A stretch of DNA of 64,000 bases from the human T2T-CHM13v2.0 reference genome, Homo sapiens (GCF_009914755.1 NC_060934.1), one strand, 5' to 3'; positions 1 through 21,365 are shown, numbered from the stretch's first letter. Notes: generated from the sequence alone by a model not told the origin. Program-made: numbers and translations.

Positions 1-1670
<1,670 letters not shown>

Positions 1671-4600
1671 GTTGGATCTGGGAATGGAGCTCAAGCTATT
1701 CTGGTGTTTTCAAGAGGGTGCTTACCTTTTTAAGGGCTCACCATGCCATTTAATATCATCCTAATGGTAGGAGGTATGCACAGTAAGGTGCTTGCTTTGG
1801 ATTTGCTCTTAAACACATCTATTCTGAAGAACTCCAAGGAGAGCAAGGTAGGAAATGAATGCAGCTGTCCTATCTTTCCTGATTAATTTCATATCTATCT
1901 CATGGGCATGTTTTAAATACATGACTACAATGTACGCTGCATATAAAAATATATACAAGTGCACAGTGAAAATAAATGATGTTATTTCAAACTACTAATA
2001 CTGAAATTTAGTCTGTACAAGCGCTTTCTGAAAGAAATATCATATGACTTGGTAAAGAAGAAATATATTTTATGATTAAGAAACTTCTCTTACAAAATCT
2101 ACTCTGTGAAGTAGTATCCATTTGCAGTTGATTTAAGGTAGGCCTTTGTGAAGCAAATCTAGAAATTAAGAGCACTACATCAATATGCAAAAATTATTTA
2201 ACAAAATACCTTTTACTGTTCTTGCATGAAGTTTGTGGTTAATTCCATCAAAATGTTCAGAAGATAAGATGTGCGTACTTTCTTCAACATACCTAAAAAA
2301 AGAAAACTGGATTTACAAACTTTTAAGAGAAAACTACAAAACAGTATTATTAGCATATCATTAAGGCCACATCTATATTTTTTGAAAAAATAACAGTATT
2401 TAGGATCTTACACAAAAGTCATAAAGATATTTGCCTTATCAAACTGTGTAATATGAAAGTTTACCACTTTAGTAAAGTACTAAGATTTTTTTAAATATAT
2501 ACATGAATATGACTTAAATACTATCTCTTGAATTATATGAAGTTACAAAACCAAAGAAATGCTTAACTTTTGTTTCTGATTATTATGTAATCATCATTCA
2601 GCACCTTCACACATATTCTCCATAAGCTTCTACTATGGAATCATGGCCATTTTTACTTGGACAATAGGAAAATTACATGACTTTCCAAATACATCAAAAC
2701 TTTCTAACTGAATAAAACACAGAACTCCTGATTCTCGACTGAGATTTTACCTTCTAAAATATAGAACCCAAAATCCAAAAATAGTGCCAGAAATAATAAA
2801 TCTCAGGAAATAACTTTTTAACTTTAATTTTCTTTTCCTACTCACTTTTTCATCTTTATCCTGAACCTTTGTATCATATGGCCTCTTGATGAAAGTAATA
2901 AAAGCATTTTACTTTTTAATACTGCATGGTGAATCATTTTCAAACTTGTGAGGGACAGTAGTCATGACAGAAGGGTGCTTCCATCCCAAATTAATGACAC
3001 TAACTATATGATCTAATTAAATCAGAAAAAGTTAAGTATGGCAAAGGTGTTTTAGAAGCAGCTGTGCCTTAAGCAGTCATATGGTAACCACCATGGAGCC
3101 TGAATCTAAAAATATTCTTTCAAGCTGGTATGCCATGCCTTGTTCCAGTTTTGAAGACCATATCACAAAATATCCACACAAGTAGGGTACATAGAGTGAT
3201 GCAAAGAGACTTCTGAGCTATCCTCATAACCAACGTAAAGGTCATGGCAGGTAAATATATTCTTTTCACAGTTTGTCTAGCTAGATCTTCTTTCACATTT
3301 GTTCTTGAGGACTGAAGCTCCCTAGGTTCAACTGGGCACTTCTTGAAAAGCAAGCTCCTGAAGCTCTCTGCCCTTGTCCAGGACAGGCTGGCTACACAAA
3401 GACTTCAGGTTTTCCTAGGGTGTTAGAGTACAATTACCTTGTGTACTTGGTAAAGGGGGAAGAAGATTCACCTGAGACTATAGGTGAAGGGAAGAGGAAA
3501 GACCATACTTAAAGTGATCATAGATTGAAGGAAGCAAGGAACCCTGGGAAAGATGGAGAACATAAGGGTCGATGACAGCAATAATGAATAGGTGCTTAGA
3601 AACAGAAAAGAGTACTATGTTTCAGCAAATGCTTACATTCCTATAGTTCTCCAGTCTGTGTCCAGAAGAATGTGGCAATGACAGAACATCTGTTCCTCCA
3701 CTCCCAGGATGAGCTTCCTATAGCCATAGATGGACAAGGAGGCAAAGATACAGTAGAAAAAAAATGCGAACACTTCAAAACCTGACTGAAGCAGAAAACA
3801 ATCTGGTCAGTATGAAGAGAGTCTCAGCAGGGGCATGGTAGCATGAAGAACGGAGACACAATCTTGCAAAGGGGCAGAAAGCAACTTTATATGTTAGTAT
3901 TGATATAGCACCCCTTTAAAGAACCACTGCTTTAGACGAATCTTTATTTGTATATTGGCCAAAAAAAAAAAAAAAAAAAAGCCGCCTATATTTAGAGAAA
4001 CTCATCATCTTTTTACCTATGGTAAAAATAAACTATTTCTTAGTATGTTCTTTAGAATTTTTGTGTAAGCATTCTGTGGTTCCTAGGCCAATCTAAATTA
4101 ATAGAGTTAAAATTAAAGCTATCATATTCAATATATCTTTTTATGAAAAATCGAAACTAAAATTTCATATTTTCTGGAATAGAAAACATCCAGAAGAGTC
4201 ACTACAAAATGTATCAAAATCTTAGAATATGGTAGTTCAAGCAAATACATTTTCATAACTTAAAACATATGAAAAATAAATACATATAATGTTTCGTTTA
4301 TGATTCACACTTCTCAGTTACATTAAATGAATCAAACTTTTAATTGGGTAAGGGAAAATCACTCTCTTGGCACATTAAAAAAATGGAGATCATTATAATT
4401 TCAAATGAGAACATCTATTTAGTAAGGTTTACAAAAAAATATAAAGCAAAAAAATCCCTTGGCCAAATAAAATGTAGCCACAGTACCAGCAGAGTTGCAA
4501 TATCTAGCACTTCTCTCACCATTTATTTAGTGAATACCTGTGGGACACACTCAGCAGCTTGCTTAGTGAGATAGGGGCCCTGTCTTTAAAAAGCCAGTTG

Positions 4601-4799
4601 AAGAGCCTTGCTGGTGAATAAACTGTTCTCTAAAATAAGTAAAATGTAAGATAACATGTGATGTGTCAGAAGACGCTTTCAATAAAATAATTTAAATCAC
4701 TACAGATGTTTGCTTTAAAAAAATGTGTTTAAAAATTTCCACAGAACATCTCATGCCTCCCGTCTCCTTCTCAGCTTTAATACTGACCTCACTTCTCAG

Positions 4800-6850
4800 G
4801 AGAAATGGACACATACAATACAAAAACCACATTTAGAACAGCCTAAGTCTCTGTGTCCTACAAATTCTCATCTCCTCAAACTCTGCAACTGCTCAGAAAA
4901 CGATGTTTGTGGTCAACTAGGAAACTCACTGCCCAGATTATTTTTGGAAACACAAGAGCCAGCCTCTTTGATGCCTGACACTAAACCTGCTCTCCTTAAC
5001 TCCTCAAACCTTCAGTACTATTCTCCTCTTCATGCTCTCTCTAGATCATTTCACCTTCATTTTCCAAAGGAAACAGAAGTTATCTGATGGAAAGTCACTC
5101 TCCTTCCTGGTATCACATACAACCTACCAAAGTGGCTCCAGTCCTTCCTACTCTGGACTTGACACACCAAAGTGGTGCCCCTCCTCCTTCCAAATGCCAG
5201 ACCCTCTGCCTATGCCTAATCCCATTCTCTCCCGTTTTCCCAACAACATGAAAATATTATTCCTTCTCTTGTTTATATATTCAACCTCTTCTTCTTACGC
5301 AGATCTTTTTGCACTGGTTTTTAAACAAACCCTAGTCTCTTCCTTTAAAATAACAGCAAAACAAAACCATTTGGCCCCACATCTCCCTCCAGCTATAGCT
5401 CACAGGCCTATCTAGACACTTCCTGCTTCAAATAAACTTCTCTACAGAGTTGCCTAAATGTTCTGACTTCATGTCCTCATCTCCTATTCACTCCTCATAT
5501 GTGCTTGAGCCCCACTACACCACTCCTCCAAGACCCTTCTGTCAAAGTTGTCCACAGACACCATTCAGTCTTCATCTTACTGGACATGTTAGCAGTAAAA
5601 CCACCATTGTTCATTATCTCCTTAACATCCCCTTTCTCTTCTTTTATATCAACCAGAAGTCCCTCGTCTTTCCTTCTGCCTATCTTGCCATCCTTGGCCA
5701 CTGAATGCTGAAGAGCCTCAAGGTAAACATCATGTCTCACTTTATATTCTCTCCCTAGGATATCTCATCCATTTCACAGAGATGTAAATAAAAATGAACT
5801 TTTTTGTTCTGTACTTTTAATCTCTAGTCCAGACCCCTTCTATGAGCTCCACACCTACATATCTGTAGGTCCATATCTGTCTACACAGGCAGCATACAGA
5901 ATGATAAGGTGCATGGGCTCTGGAGGTGAACTACGTAGATTTAAATCCTGTTTCTTCCACTTACTGTCTGACATTGGACAAGTCTCTTAACATTTCTGTG
6001 TTTCCATGTCCTCAGCTTAAAAAATGCTGTAATAACTGTAAATGCTCAAAAATATTGGCTATTATCATTATTACTATTTGACCTTTCCTCTTGTGTGTCT
6101 CAAAGCCATCTGAAATGTTCTGCCTTTGAAATGCATGATGTTCCCAAAATGTGATCTGCTGCTGGAATTCCCTCGCTGTCTAAATGCTGTAATCAGAAAT
6201 CTAGTAGTTATTTTTAATACAGTTCTCTTTCCTCTCCCATTTCTAATACAACATATCTGTTGGGATTTAAGGATTAAATCTGTTATCTTTTCTATAACTG
6301 CACCACTATAACTTTACCCCAAGGTCCATCCTCTCCAGTGTACCCCACTAAAATGGCCTGTAACCAGTCGAGACACTTCCACCCTTTACCCCAAAGCACC
6401 ATCCACGCTGCAGCCAAAAGGATCTTTACAGATTGCAAATCTGGACAAGTCAACTTCATGCTTAAAACCCTTTATTTGTTTCTCCTTGGTCTTAGAATAA
6501 GCACTGATCTTTATTAAATATGACCTAAAAAGCTCTATAAGGTCTGAACTCTGCCTCCCTCTCCAGTCCAATTTCATACCATATATTCCCTTGGTTCTCT
6601 CAGCCCATTCTCCACTTGGCTTGATTCCAATTCTTCCTGCTTGCTTTGCTCCTTCCCACCACAGGGTCTTTGCCCATGCCCTTTCTTTTCTCTGTTTAAA
6701 ATGCTATTTCTTCCTCCTCTTCTCCTAGTTGACTCTTATTCATCCATCAGATTTTTGCTTAAATGTATCCTCCTTAGGGAAGCCTTCTCTGGCCTCCCAG
6801 ATGAAGCCAAATACTTTTATTCTTGGTACTCATCATCTTACCCCTTTCTT
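4800..6850 (-). mobile_element. L2 fragment(s) with a MIR at about 5890-6070
   Basis: C/T-rich L2-type motifs. Confidence 0.6.
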
Positions 6851-7359
6851 TCAGGTTAGAGAAAGAGTAAGTGAATTTAGGGAGGAAGGAGGAAAGAAGT
6901 ATCTTAGTCAGCCTAGAAATTAAGACACTTAATCATTTAGTTGGAAAAGCAAGCACAGGCACAAGGGGAAGAAGAATTACTTAGGTAACAATAGGTTATA
7001 TGAAGAGAATTACGTGGGTAATCACAGGCTGTAAAAGGAAAGAAAAAACTAAATAGCAAATCTTCTGGAATAAGAACAAGGAACTTCTCTTGTATCTCCA
7101 ACCTCACAGTTTTTATTAAAATGAGTTAGGGAATAGAATGTTCCCACTGGAACTATATGTTCGGTATACAGGTGATGATTCATCCAGTCTTAGCATATTA
7201 AGCCATAGACAAATCCAATCCAAATGACTAAAATGACAAAAAATATGTAATTTTAATAGGTTAATTTCAACAATGTCCTAAACACGTTTTAAACTGATAT
7301 TTTGCATTATTGCTTCACATTTTATGTGTGCGTATAAACTAAAAATCAAAATTGATTTT

Positions 7360-7910
7360 AATGGAATACCACTTAGTAATCGAAATGAACAAGTTATTAA
7401 TAAACACAAGTTGGATGAATCTCAAGGAAATAATATTAATCTCGAGACAATCTCAAGAGAATGAAAAAGTTAAATTAAAAAAGTTAAATCAAAAAAGTTA
7501 AATCTAAGGATCCATTTAAATAACATTTTTAAAATGGAAAAATTATGGCAACAGGGGGCAGATTAGTGGTTGCCAGGGGTTAGGGACAGGGGTGGGAAGT
7601 GGGAAGGTAGATGAGTGTGATTATAAAAGGCCAACATGATGGAATCTTTGTGATGGAAATGTTCATCTTGACTGTAGTAGATACAAGAAGCTACACATGT
7701 GATAAAAATTAGATAGAACTAAATAAATACACACACAAATGAGTTCGAGAAAAACTAGGAAAATCTGAATAAGATCTAGAATGCATCAGTGTTAATATCC
7801 TGGATGTTACCACTGGGGGGATTGTGTAAGCGGTGCATGGAACATATATTATCTCTTGTAACTGCATGCAAATTTACAATTATCCCAAACTTAAAAGTGT
7901 CATTAAAAAA
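7360..7910 (+). mobile_element. L1MC/MD-like 3' end
   Basis: GATTAGTGGTTGCCAGGGG motif. Confidence 0.65.
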
Positions 7911-8599
7911 CAGCTTTAAAGTGGTTTCACAGCATTTCTCAAAGACACTGGATTATATATACTCGACTACAGAATTCCAATTTTTTAAAAGGAGGCTTCC
8001 TCCAGTTTCTTCATGTTCTACCTTTGTTGCTGTCAGCCCATGAAGAAAGGGAGATTTAGGTAGACAGAAAGAAATGTCTTGAGGTTGTAATGAACACAAT
8101 AAAAAAAAATCAATATTTTTAAAAAGTAGATCTTAAAATGTACTTGAAAGTTTGAAATCATAATGACATAAACAACTATTTATGACCTAAGAAGAAATGC
8201 CTACTTTGGTACTTTGAAGTATTAAAAAAAATCACATAGAATTAAATTACAAAGCTCAAAACTTGTTTAGGCAGCTGGTCTTTTTTAAAATCAAGGAACT
8301 TTAAACCTACAATTCTAATAGGCTTACTGGTGACACCCCAATCCTTTGAAAAATAAATGAAATATCATAAATCATTTGACAGTTTTTAAGCTTAGATTTT
8401 TATCATCAGTCAGACTCTTTAAAAATAAAAAAGCAATATGAAAGGATAGGATCTTGCTTTGTGCCCTATGAAGTTTAAGATAGAAAATAAATCATACTAT
8501 TAAATGTCATTTAGAACCTTAACTTCAATACTTAGGATGAAATTGGCATAATATTCATGGTCATTCCTATGAGAATTCATGCAAGTCGAGTAGCTTTTC

Positions 8600-9357
8600 T
8601 TACAAGATATTGCAGAACTCTGGCACTTCCTGTGATAAATGAAGCAATAAGGCTTTGGAATTGCAATTGTGTATATTTAGGTACTTCATATAAGCAACCA
8701 GACTTTCATCTTGCTGGATATCTAGCACTATGAATTTATTATTTGTTATCCAAAGGAATGTTTGAATACTTATAAAGAGTAAAGGGTTGGGGTAAGCCCT
8801 TAACATTTAAAGCTACAAATGTAGGACTATATAGGAAGCCACAGTGTCCAACCTTAATTTTCTCGGCAAGTTAATTTAATGAAAAATATTCACAGATTTT
8901 TCAGGAAGTGCAGAGATGAAAAAATCTATAAATATCTTGAAAATGTTTAGGATTCAACATAACATTAAGATCTAGATATTAGCCACAGCATCCTGAGAAT
9001 TTTTATCACAGTGAAGTTGCAAGAAAATATATTATGGGAGTCATTCTCCATGACCTGGTTTTAAGGTAAATTCATTGATGGGTCAATAATCAGTTCAACT
9101 CATAAAAGTGTGCTTTGAGAAGTCAGCTGAACCAGCATTAGTGGAAAGAGGTCAAAGCCGGGCCCTCTCAGTTATCTGGCCCATCCTATTTTAAAAGAAT
9201 TCTGTTGGAGGAGATTCATTCCAAAGGCCAAAAAAATTACTTCTGTCTTTTCTGATGGTTTCATTTACCCATCACATAAGTGAAAATCCATAATTTTCTT
9301 TCCCTTCTTGAAGCAATAATGGCGGAACTTCTGAGAAACAGTCTCAGAAGATTTATA
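8600..9357 (-). pseudogene. Terminal fossil coding region(s) ending LDIQQDESLVAYMKYLNIHNCNSKALLLHLSQEVPEFCNIL* (CDC25 C-terminus)
   Basis: Unique island with an acceptor at 9358-9359. The tail of ORF 8600-8806 resembles the end of CDC25 domains (IxxDxxLxxYL...LYxLSxxIEP). Internal exon structure unresolved. Confidence 0.5.
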
Positions 9358-9639
9358 CTGTACCAATATAAATCCCAATCATTTTAGATTTCAGTAGTTC
9401 TTCTAATTCGCTTTTAAGATACAGCCACCAAAACTGTGGCCTCCAAATAAGGCCACTAATGTCACATCCATATCAAGCTGTATAGGCATTTGATAAACAC
9501 TTGAATGACTGAATTAGTGACAGCAGAAAGCCTACTTCTCATATTTTGCATATCGTATTATTGCTAAGAAGTATCCTTAAAGATTATTTAAGTGTACCTC
9601 TAATTTCTCAAGAAATTAAATGCTGAATACATACCAAAT

Positions 9640-11790
9640 AGTATTTTCAACAAATGTGCAAGTTATAAATAGTAAAATGAACACCTGTTTTCCCACTAGC
9701 CAGTTTAGAGAATACATTACTTATAACTTTGAAGTCCCCTTTATGGCCTTTCCCATTCCAATTCCAATCCTTTTTCCCATGCCTTCTCTCCAGCTATCCT
9801 TTTTTGTTGTTGTTGTTTTTGCTTTCCTTTATAGTGTTACCATATGTATCCCTAATATCTTGCTTAATTTTGCAAGATTTTGGATGGAGTTATATTGGTT
9901 GGAATCATATTGGAAGTATTCTTAAGTTTCTTGGTTTTATTCTGTTCATGAGACTTATCCATGATGATATGTTTGAATGTGGCACAATTTGTGTCTTCTC
10001 TTATTGATGGATATCTGAGTTGTTCCCAGCTTTCTGGAACATATTATGTATTTCTCTATGTAGATTACCAAGAGTTTCTATGCCTCAGAGTGGAGTTGCT
10101 TGGTTGATATATGCACAACTTATTAGTTAATGCAAATGTATTATATGGTTGATTCAATTTGTATAACCACTAGCAGGGCAAGATAAGTTCAGGATGCTCC
10201 AACATTTTTGCCAATCTAATGGACATAAAAAAGTACTTCCTTGTGATTTTTAAAGCTCTTTTTTATTTCTTGAGGCAAAATTTATATAAAATGAAATGCA
10301 CCAATCTTAAGTGTACCATTCCATAAGTTTTTTTTACAAATGCATATACCTTGTAACCCAAATCATTACCACTACCCAAAGTTTGTTCCTTCAAAATCCT
10401 TCCCAGTCAGTTCCCGTCCCATCCCCTAGAAGCAACGACTTTTCTCATCCTTTCCCCTCACAGATAATTTGCCAGTGTTTCATTTTATGAATAACCACAG
10501 TCTGTTTATCCATTCTCTTACTGATGGGAAGCTGGGCTATTCCAGTTTCTGGCTAGTATGATTGAAGCTATATTATGCACATATATTATGTATGTACTTC
10601 TCATAAGAATCTTTTTGGTCGATTTTTATTTTCATTTCTCTTAGGCAAATATCTAGGAGAACTGCTGAATCATTGGGTAAGTGTATTTAACTTCATAAGA
10701 AACTGCCAGATCTTTTTCCTCAAGTGGTATACCTAATGTATAAGAATGCCAGTTGCTCTAGATCCTATCTGATTTTAGACAGTATGGTGGGTTTCTCATT
10801 CTCATTTTAACCTGCATTTCCCAGATGACAAATGACGCTGATCACATGCTTACTAATCATTTGAATATCTTCCGTTGTGCAGTGTCTGTGTTACAAAGTG
10901 TCTTTTCAAATCATTTGTTCCCTATTCCTTTTTAGTTTCTGGTTGTTCCGCTTTTTGTTATGGAGCTGTATAAATTAGCTATATATTCCTTTGACAAATA
11001 TACATTTAGCAAATATTTTTCTCAGTCTGTGGCTTGTTTTTTGTTTTCTTAGTGGTATCTTTTGATAAACACAAGTTTGGTTTTTTCAATGAAGTCTATT
11101 CTTTAAAGCTTTTCTCTTACAGTGATTGCTTTCTACATCCTAAGAAATCTTTGCCTACCCCCAAGTCATAAGGATATTCTCTGATGTTTTCTTAAATTCG
11201 TATGGCTTTAGCTTTTTATATTTAGTAGTATGATTCATCTCAAATAGATTTATATGCATGATGCAAGACAGAAATTGAGATTTATATTTTTGCTTGTGGA
11301 TATCTAGTTGACCCAGCACCATTTACTGCAACACTTTCCTTTCCCTACTTGGTTGCTTTGGATTTGTTTGAAATCAAAGGACTATATAAATGGGTCTATG
11401 GCCTCTGTTCAATTGCATTAATTTATTAGTTTATCCTTATGGCAGCACCATGCTATCTGGATTACTGCAGCTTTATAGTTATGGTACAAATTCAAGTCTT
11501 CCACCTATGTTTTTAAGATTCGTCAGATTTTCTCAGTCTTTTACATTTCTATGTAACTTTTAGAATTAGCTTGCTAATTTTACAAAAAGGCCCGTGGATT
11601 TATGCTAGGGATTATGTTGAATCTACAGATCAATTTTGAGGGAAATGTCATTTAATTGAGTTTTCCAACCATATGGCATCTCTCTTCATTTATTTCTATC
11701 TTTAATTTTTCTCAGTATAGTTTTGTTGTTCTTATAGATTTTGCATGTCTTTTGTTGAATTTATTCCTAAATGTTCTACTTTTATTAGAA
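9640..11790 (-). mobile_element. Old L1M fragments
   Basis: Antisense L1 3' region motifs. Confidence 0.7.
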
Positions 11791-12129
11791 ATAGGAAATA
11801 GGTTCTATTAATGATCATCTCAATTCAAAAATACTCATTTCTCAGGGTGCCTCCATCGCATTTTCACTCCTTGGAAACATTAAAAACATGAAAATCGTGA
11901 GAAAGTTTAATATTAAATAGTACATACTATATTCTGTATGGTAAACAAGACAAGAATTTCTAAAAATGAATGGAGATTCTACAAGTTGGCAGTAAAATAA
12001 AGGAATGGACTAAAGTCTAACAATATACATGCTGGAAATCAGGCTGGGGAATTTTTATAATCCACACACATTTTAAGTAGATTATCTGATGGGGAAGAAA
12101 GGTGTCAGACATACCATTACCTCAGTCTG

Positions 12130-14550
<2,421 letters not shown>

Positions 14551-15589
14551 TAAAAAAGATCTGTCCTCCAGTGTTGCCTCAATAAAGTCTCAAATAAATC
14601 ATTTTTATATTATTTTAAATTTAAAGCTATTTGCCTATTGACTTATAGTTGAAGGACTATTTGGACAGATATAAAAATCTGTAAGTTACCTATCCTTTTC
14701 TTAAAAGTCTTTTAAGTATGGCCTATTTTCTTGCACTGAATGAAATCTGAGGCCAACATAATTTTCTCCTTTATAAATATCTTGACCTATTTTTCTGGCT
14801 CCCTCCCAAAATTTTATCTCTGAGGTCCAGCAACTTTACCAGACCCAGGCACACAGTGTCCTTTCAATGTTTAGATTCAAGTTGTCACTTATTTCAGAAA
14901 AGTTTATGCTCTAAACACTGGTTTTCTTTCATTAAGTTTGGACTTTTTGTTGGGTCTACGATTATGCGTATGATGGATCTACTTGGCCTGTCATCTACAC
15001 CCATGGTCTTAAAACTGAGGAACATCCGAGGCTGCTCTAATGCTTCTTAAGAGATATGTAGGCCTAGATAGTTTTAAGGCAATCTATTTCCAGGTCCTCA
15101 ACTCTCATTCTTCCCAATACCGATCTTTCTGAGAGTGTACTGGCAGCTAAGGCATCATGCGGCCTCTCTTCTCACTTCACAAAAGAAATGCATACCTCCT
15201 GGGATGTAAAAACCTCCAGGGTTCCAAAAACGGGGAAAAATTATAACAATGCTATCTATGAAACCTCCTTTAATCAAAGCACTATAGTAAGGCCTTGTTC
15301 TTTCCATGTCTCATACAGATTTTATTAAGAAATGGAGTACTTGGCCCATATTATTATATGATAAATTGAGTGTATTGTAGAATGAAGCAGTTCCACAATA
15401 CACAGTGAGGACATTTTACTTACAGGGATTACCTCTTCTATACTCTTATTAGTGTTAAAGACGTATCTCTCTGGAGATTTCAGTGAGCGCAAAGCAAAGA
15501 AACACTGAAGGCAGCAGTACCTTATTGTATCCAGGCAACACATGGTAAGGCTCTGTGCCTTATCTACTTAATCTATATTAGAATTAGAA

Positions 15590-16470
15590 TTCAGCCATGT
15601 GATGGTTGTCATGGAGGCATATATTAACATATTTATTTGAGATGAAAAATCAAGTGGGACTTTTACTGACAGAAGGATGTCTGATTTAAAAGATAAGTTT
15701 GAAAATAAATACCAGCTTTGTCAATTAGATTAAATGGCAACCATTTTCCCTAAATTGAGTGATCTACATTTATAGCTTCAAGGTTTTGATAAAAATATAT
15801 TTGAGGTATAAATTAAGAAAAACCATTGTCAGCCAGAAGCGGTGGCTCACGCCTGTAATCCCAGCACTTTGGGAGGCTGAGGCAGGCAGATCACCTGAGG
15901 TCAGGAGTTTGGGACCAGCCTGGACAACATGGTGAAACCCCTTCTCTAGTAAAAATACAAAAAATTAGCTGGGAATGGTGGAGGATGCCTATAATCCTAG
16001 CTACTTGGGAGTCTGAGGCAGGAGGATCACTTGAACCAGAGAGGTGGAAGTTGCAGTGTGCCAAGATTGTGCCACTGCACTCCAGCCTGGGCAACAAGAG
16101 AGAAACTTTGTCTCAAAAAAAAAAAAAGAAAAAGAAAAACCATTGTCTAAAAATTGTACATTGCCAAGTACACAATGGAATTAATAATATTTTAAACAAC
16201 CCTTTCTAAGTATGTTAGGTTAAACAGGGTGCCCCTAAGTAAAAGAATAATAAGTGTAACACTCATTTGATAAGTCTTAGTTAAGCCTTTTTGATAAATT
16301 TCTCCAAACTGAGAAAGTGATAGCACATCCCCCTCCAAGTTAAGTGATTTCCAGTCCTTTGCTTTCTACAAATGATGGCGTAATTGAATTGTCAGTAGAA
16401 ACATTATTAAATAATCTGTAGATCACATTATGATTTCTGGCATGTAACTCAGCAGGATGAGCAAAGTTAA
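15590..16470 (+). mobile_element. hAT-Charlie transposase fossil split by an Alu
   Basis: *WLS..ILTYLFEMKN and [22 protein letters not shown] match hAT motifs RWLS and DIFxKLNxLNLxLQG. Confidence 0.7.
15831..16131 (+). mobile_element. AluS
   Basis: TSD AAGAAAAACCATTGTC. Confidence 0.95.
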
Positions 16471-16739
16471 TAGGTGATGCAGTGTTTCTGTCATATTGTA
16501 AACACTGACATTTTAAAGCTCAGGTGTTATGTCACTCTTTTAAATGTATATTTGACTTTGCTCACCTCTCTCATGTCTAATTTCCATGACCTCACTGTTT
16601 TTCCTGTATCATCTTTTTCTCTTGTACTCCTTCCAATGTTGTTTTCATTTGACAGTTTCATTTTCTTCTTCAATTTCTTTCCCGAGCTCTGCTTCTAAAT
16701 GCATAATTTTAGATTTTATAATTAAACTATAATTACTAA

Positions 16740-18560
16740 CATAACATTTTAACTTTTCCCATTTTGTGTATGATGAGGTAAGAATCCACTTTCCATCTTT
16801 TTCATATGGACACTCTATTGCCTCAGCACCATATACTGAAAGCTGTTACGCGCACCCTTTCCCCCAATGATCTTCAACACCTGTTGTGTCATGAATCATG
16901 CTTCCACATATAGGTGGATCTGTTTGTAAATTTTCTATTATTTTCATCTGCCAATTTGTATATCCTCATACCATATGCTGGCTTAACTACTATGGTTTTA
17001 TATTGTCATTATATAAAGGCAGCAAAAGCACTTCCTTGATAGGAGGAAAAACACCTTCTTTAGGAATCTGTATGTGATTTTGGGATGATTGCTCTTCCAT
17101 TTAAGTTCAGAATTACAATGTCAAGTATCATCCAAATAATAATATTAATAGTAATCATACAATCTCAAAATCTGTTAGGGATTTGATTCTATGTGTAATG
17201 AGAGAGAATTAACATCTTTGCAACATTAAATCTTCTAATCCATTAATGTCTTTCAATAAAAGTTTGTAACTTCTCAATAAAGGACTTAGACATAACTTGT
17301 TAAATTTCTACAAAAGTTATTTGTAGTATGTTGCTATGTAAATTATATCTTTTAAAAATTACATTTCTGTAGTAACTTTACTGTGGAAAAATCTTGCAGA
17401 TACCATCTTAACCAACTGATCAAGGTTAACATGACCAGTAACAAGTCATATTGTTACTGAAACACCAGAGGTTTGGTCTAGGTCCTGATGTTGCACTGCA
17501 CAGAAAGCCAATGACTGAGACGATGAATGTTGCCAAGGAAGAAGGCTTTAATCAGGTGCTGCAGCCGAGGAGATGGGAGCTCAGTCTAAAATCCATCTCC
17601 CTGACCGACTAAAACTAGGGGCTTACATACCAGGGAAGAAATGTAACGATGTGTGAGAAAATAGGAACTCTAGAGAGGCAAGGAGGCAATCATGATGAAT
17701 GAGGGGTGCGGCATTTCCTTGTTTGGATGTGGTGATCTGGTGAGATTCAGTTCTTTGATACTTATTTTGAGAGGCCTGAAGGTCATTTCCTGAGAAAGGA
17801 ACTCAGATAAAATAAAGTTTCCAGCTTTAAGACCAGAATGGTCAATTTCTGTTTATCCAAAAAACTATCTATGGGATAATTGGGTGGGTTTCAATATTGA
17901 TAACATTTACTGCCTGACATGATGTGATATAATAATGAGAAAACACCAAACTCAAATTGATATCCTTTCTACAAAAGACTTGACCACTATTCTTCAAAAG
18001 TATCAAATCCCTGAAAGACAAGAAAAGATCAAGAAACTGCCTTAAATTGGTTAAGAGATATGGCTATTGAATGCAATGTGGTATCCTGGGTTAGATCCTG
18101 CAATGAAAAGAAAGTATCAGTAGAAAAACTGGAAAAATCAAAATAAAAGCTGTAGTTTAGTTAATATTAGTATATAAATGTTAATTTCTTAGTTTTGATA
18201 AATATACTACGGCTATGTAGGATGTTAATTATTTCAAAATAAAGTGGTTTTTAAATTTTCTGTTTTGTTGTTGCTGCTCGTCTATAGAAACGCAATTGGG
18301 TTCCCTATATTGACTTTACATTTAAAAACTTTGCTCAACTCTCTAATTTTAAGAATTTAGCTGTTGAGTCCTAGGAGCTTTCTATATAGACAATTAAGTC
18401 ATTTGCCAATAATGACAGTGTTTTTCTCCTTTTCCATTCCTACATCTTTTCTTGTAGTTGTCCCCCACCCCTCACCCCCGACCCTGACTTACTCTGCTGG
18501 CTAGGATCTCTGACACAATATTGAACAGAAATGGTGATACTGGGCAGCTTTGTCTTTTAA
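16740..18560 (-). mobile_element. Old L1ME-like element with nested L1MC and LTR
   Basis: Antisense L1 motifs. Confidence 0.55.
17452..17893 (-). mobile_element. ERV1 solo LTR (MER66-like)
   Basis: TG...CA ends, 4-bp TSD ATAT; subfamily tentative. Confidence 0.7.
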
Positions 18561-18847
18561 GAGTTAGATTATATCTGTTGATGCCCAGAACTAATTTTAA
18601 TTTCACTGAATAATCTGGGGAAGATTACTTGCTTTTGCTTTGAACATTTCTACTACAGAGATAACAATACTATTTTTTAAAGTTTCAAATACTGAAAATG
18701 TTTATCCAGAAAGTATAAAAGAATGTATAATACAAAGACAAAGAAATAACATGAAGACAAAAAAGAGATGCAATATAGTATTATGTTATTAAAACAAAAT
18801 AAAAGTTATCGCATTAACCTGTCCAAAATTTGCTATCCCCTTCACAG

Positions 18848-20860
<2,013 letters not shown>

Positions 20861-21143
20861 TTCCCTTAGTTTTAGCAGATTAAACACAAACTTATAATGT
20901 GCTAACTGGCCTAATGCAGTAAATTACAGACATTGCACGTAAAGTGATGGTGAAAATAAACCCGAAGGGTCTTTTACAAAGATCACTGAACTGATGGCCA
21001 GGAGGCTCTTATTTCATCCAACCTTCACTATTAATTGTGTGATCCTGGATAAATCATGACTTCTCAGGACTTCAGTTCTTTCATTTGCGAAATGAATAAG
21101 AGGATGCCTTCCAGTTCTTTAATTCTAACTTAAAATTCTTGAC

Positions 21144-21241
21144 CTCACTGAGCCAAAAAAAAAAGTACAGAAATTCTCTACAAAATATCCATAATAGACT
21201 AGTTGGTCCAGTTTTTACAGCAAAAGCAATTCAGCATAATT
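21144..21241 (-). pseudogene. Fossil exon: KLC*IAFAVKTGPTSLLWIFCREFLY (CDC25)
   Basis: CTTCTTAG acceptor in phase 1 after a 124-nt intron; donor uncertain. Confidence 0.55.
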
Positions 21242-21365
21242 CTAAGAAGTTACATTGGCAAGAAAAAATTCTGGCACTCTTATTTCTGATTTGTCTATTT
21301 TATTTGGGTCTCCGTACAATAAGGAATAAAATGTAACCTTTTTTTCAGTGGGAAAAGACACTTAC

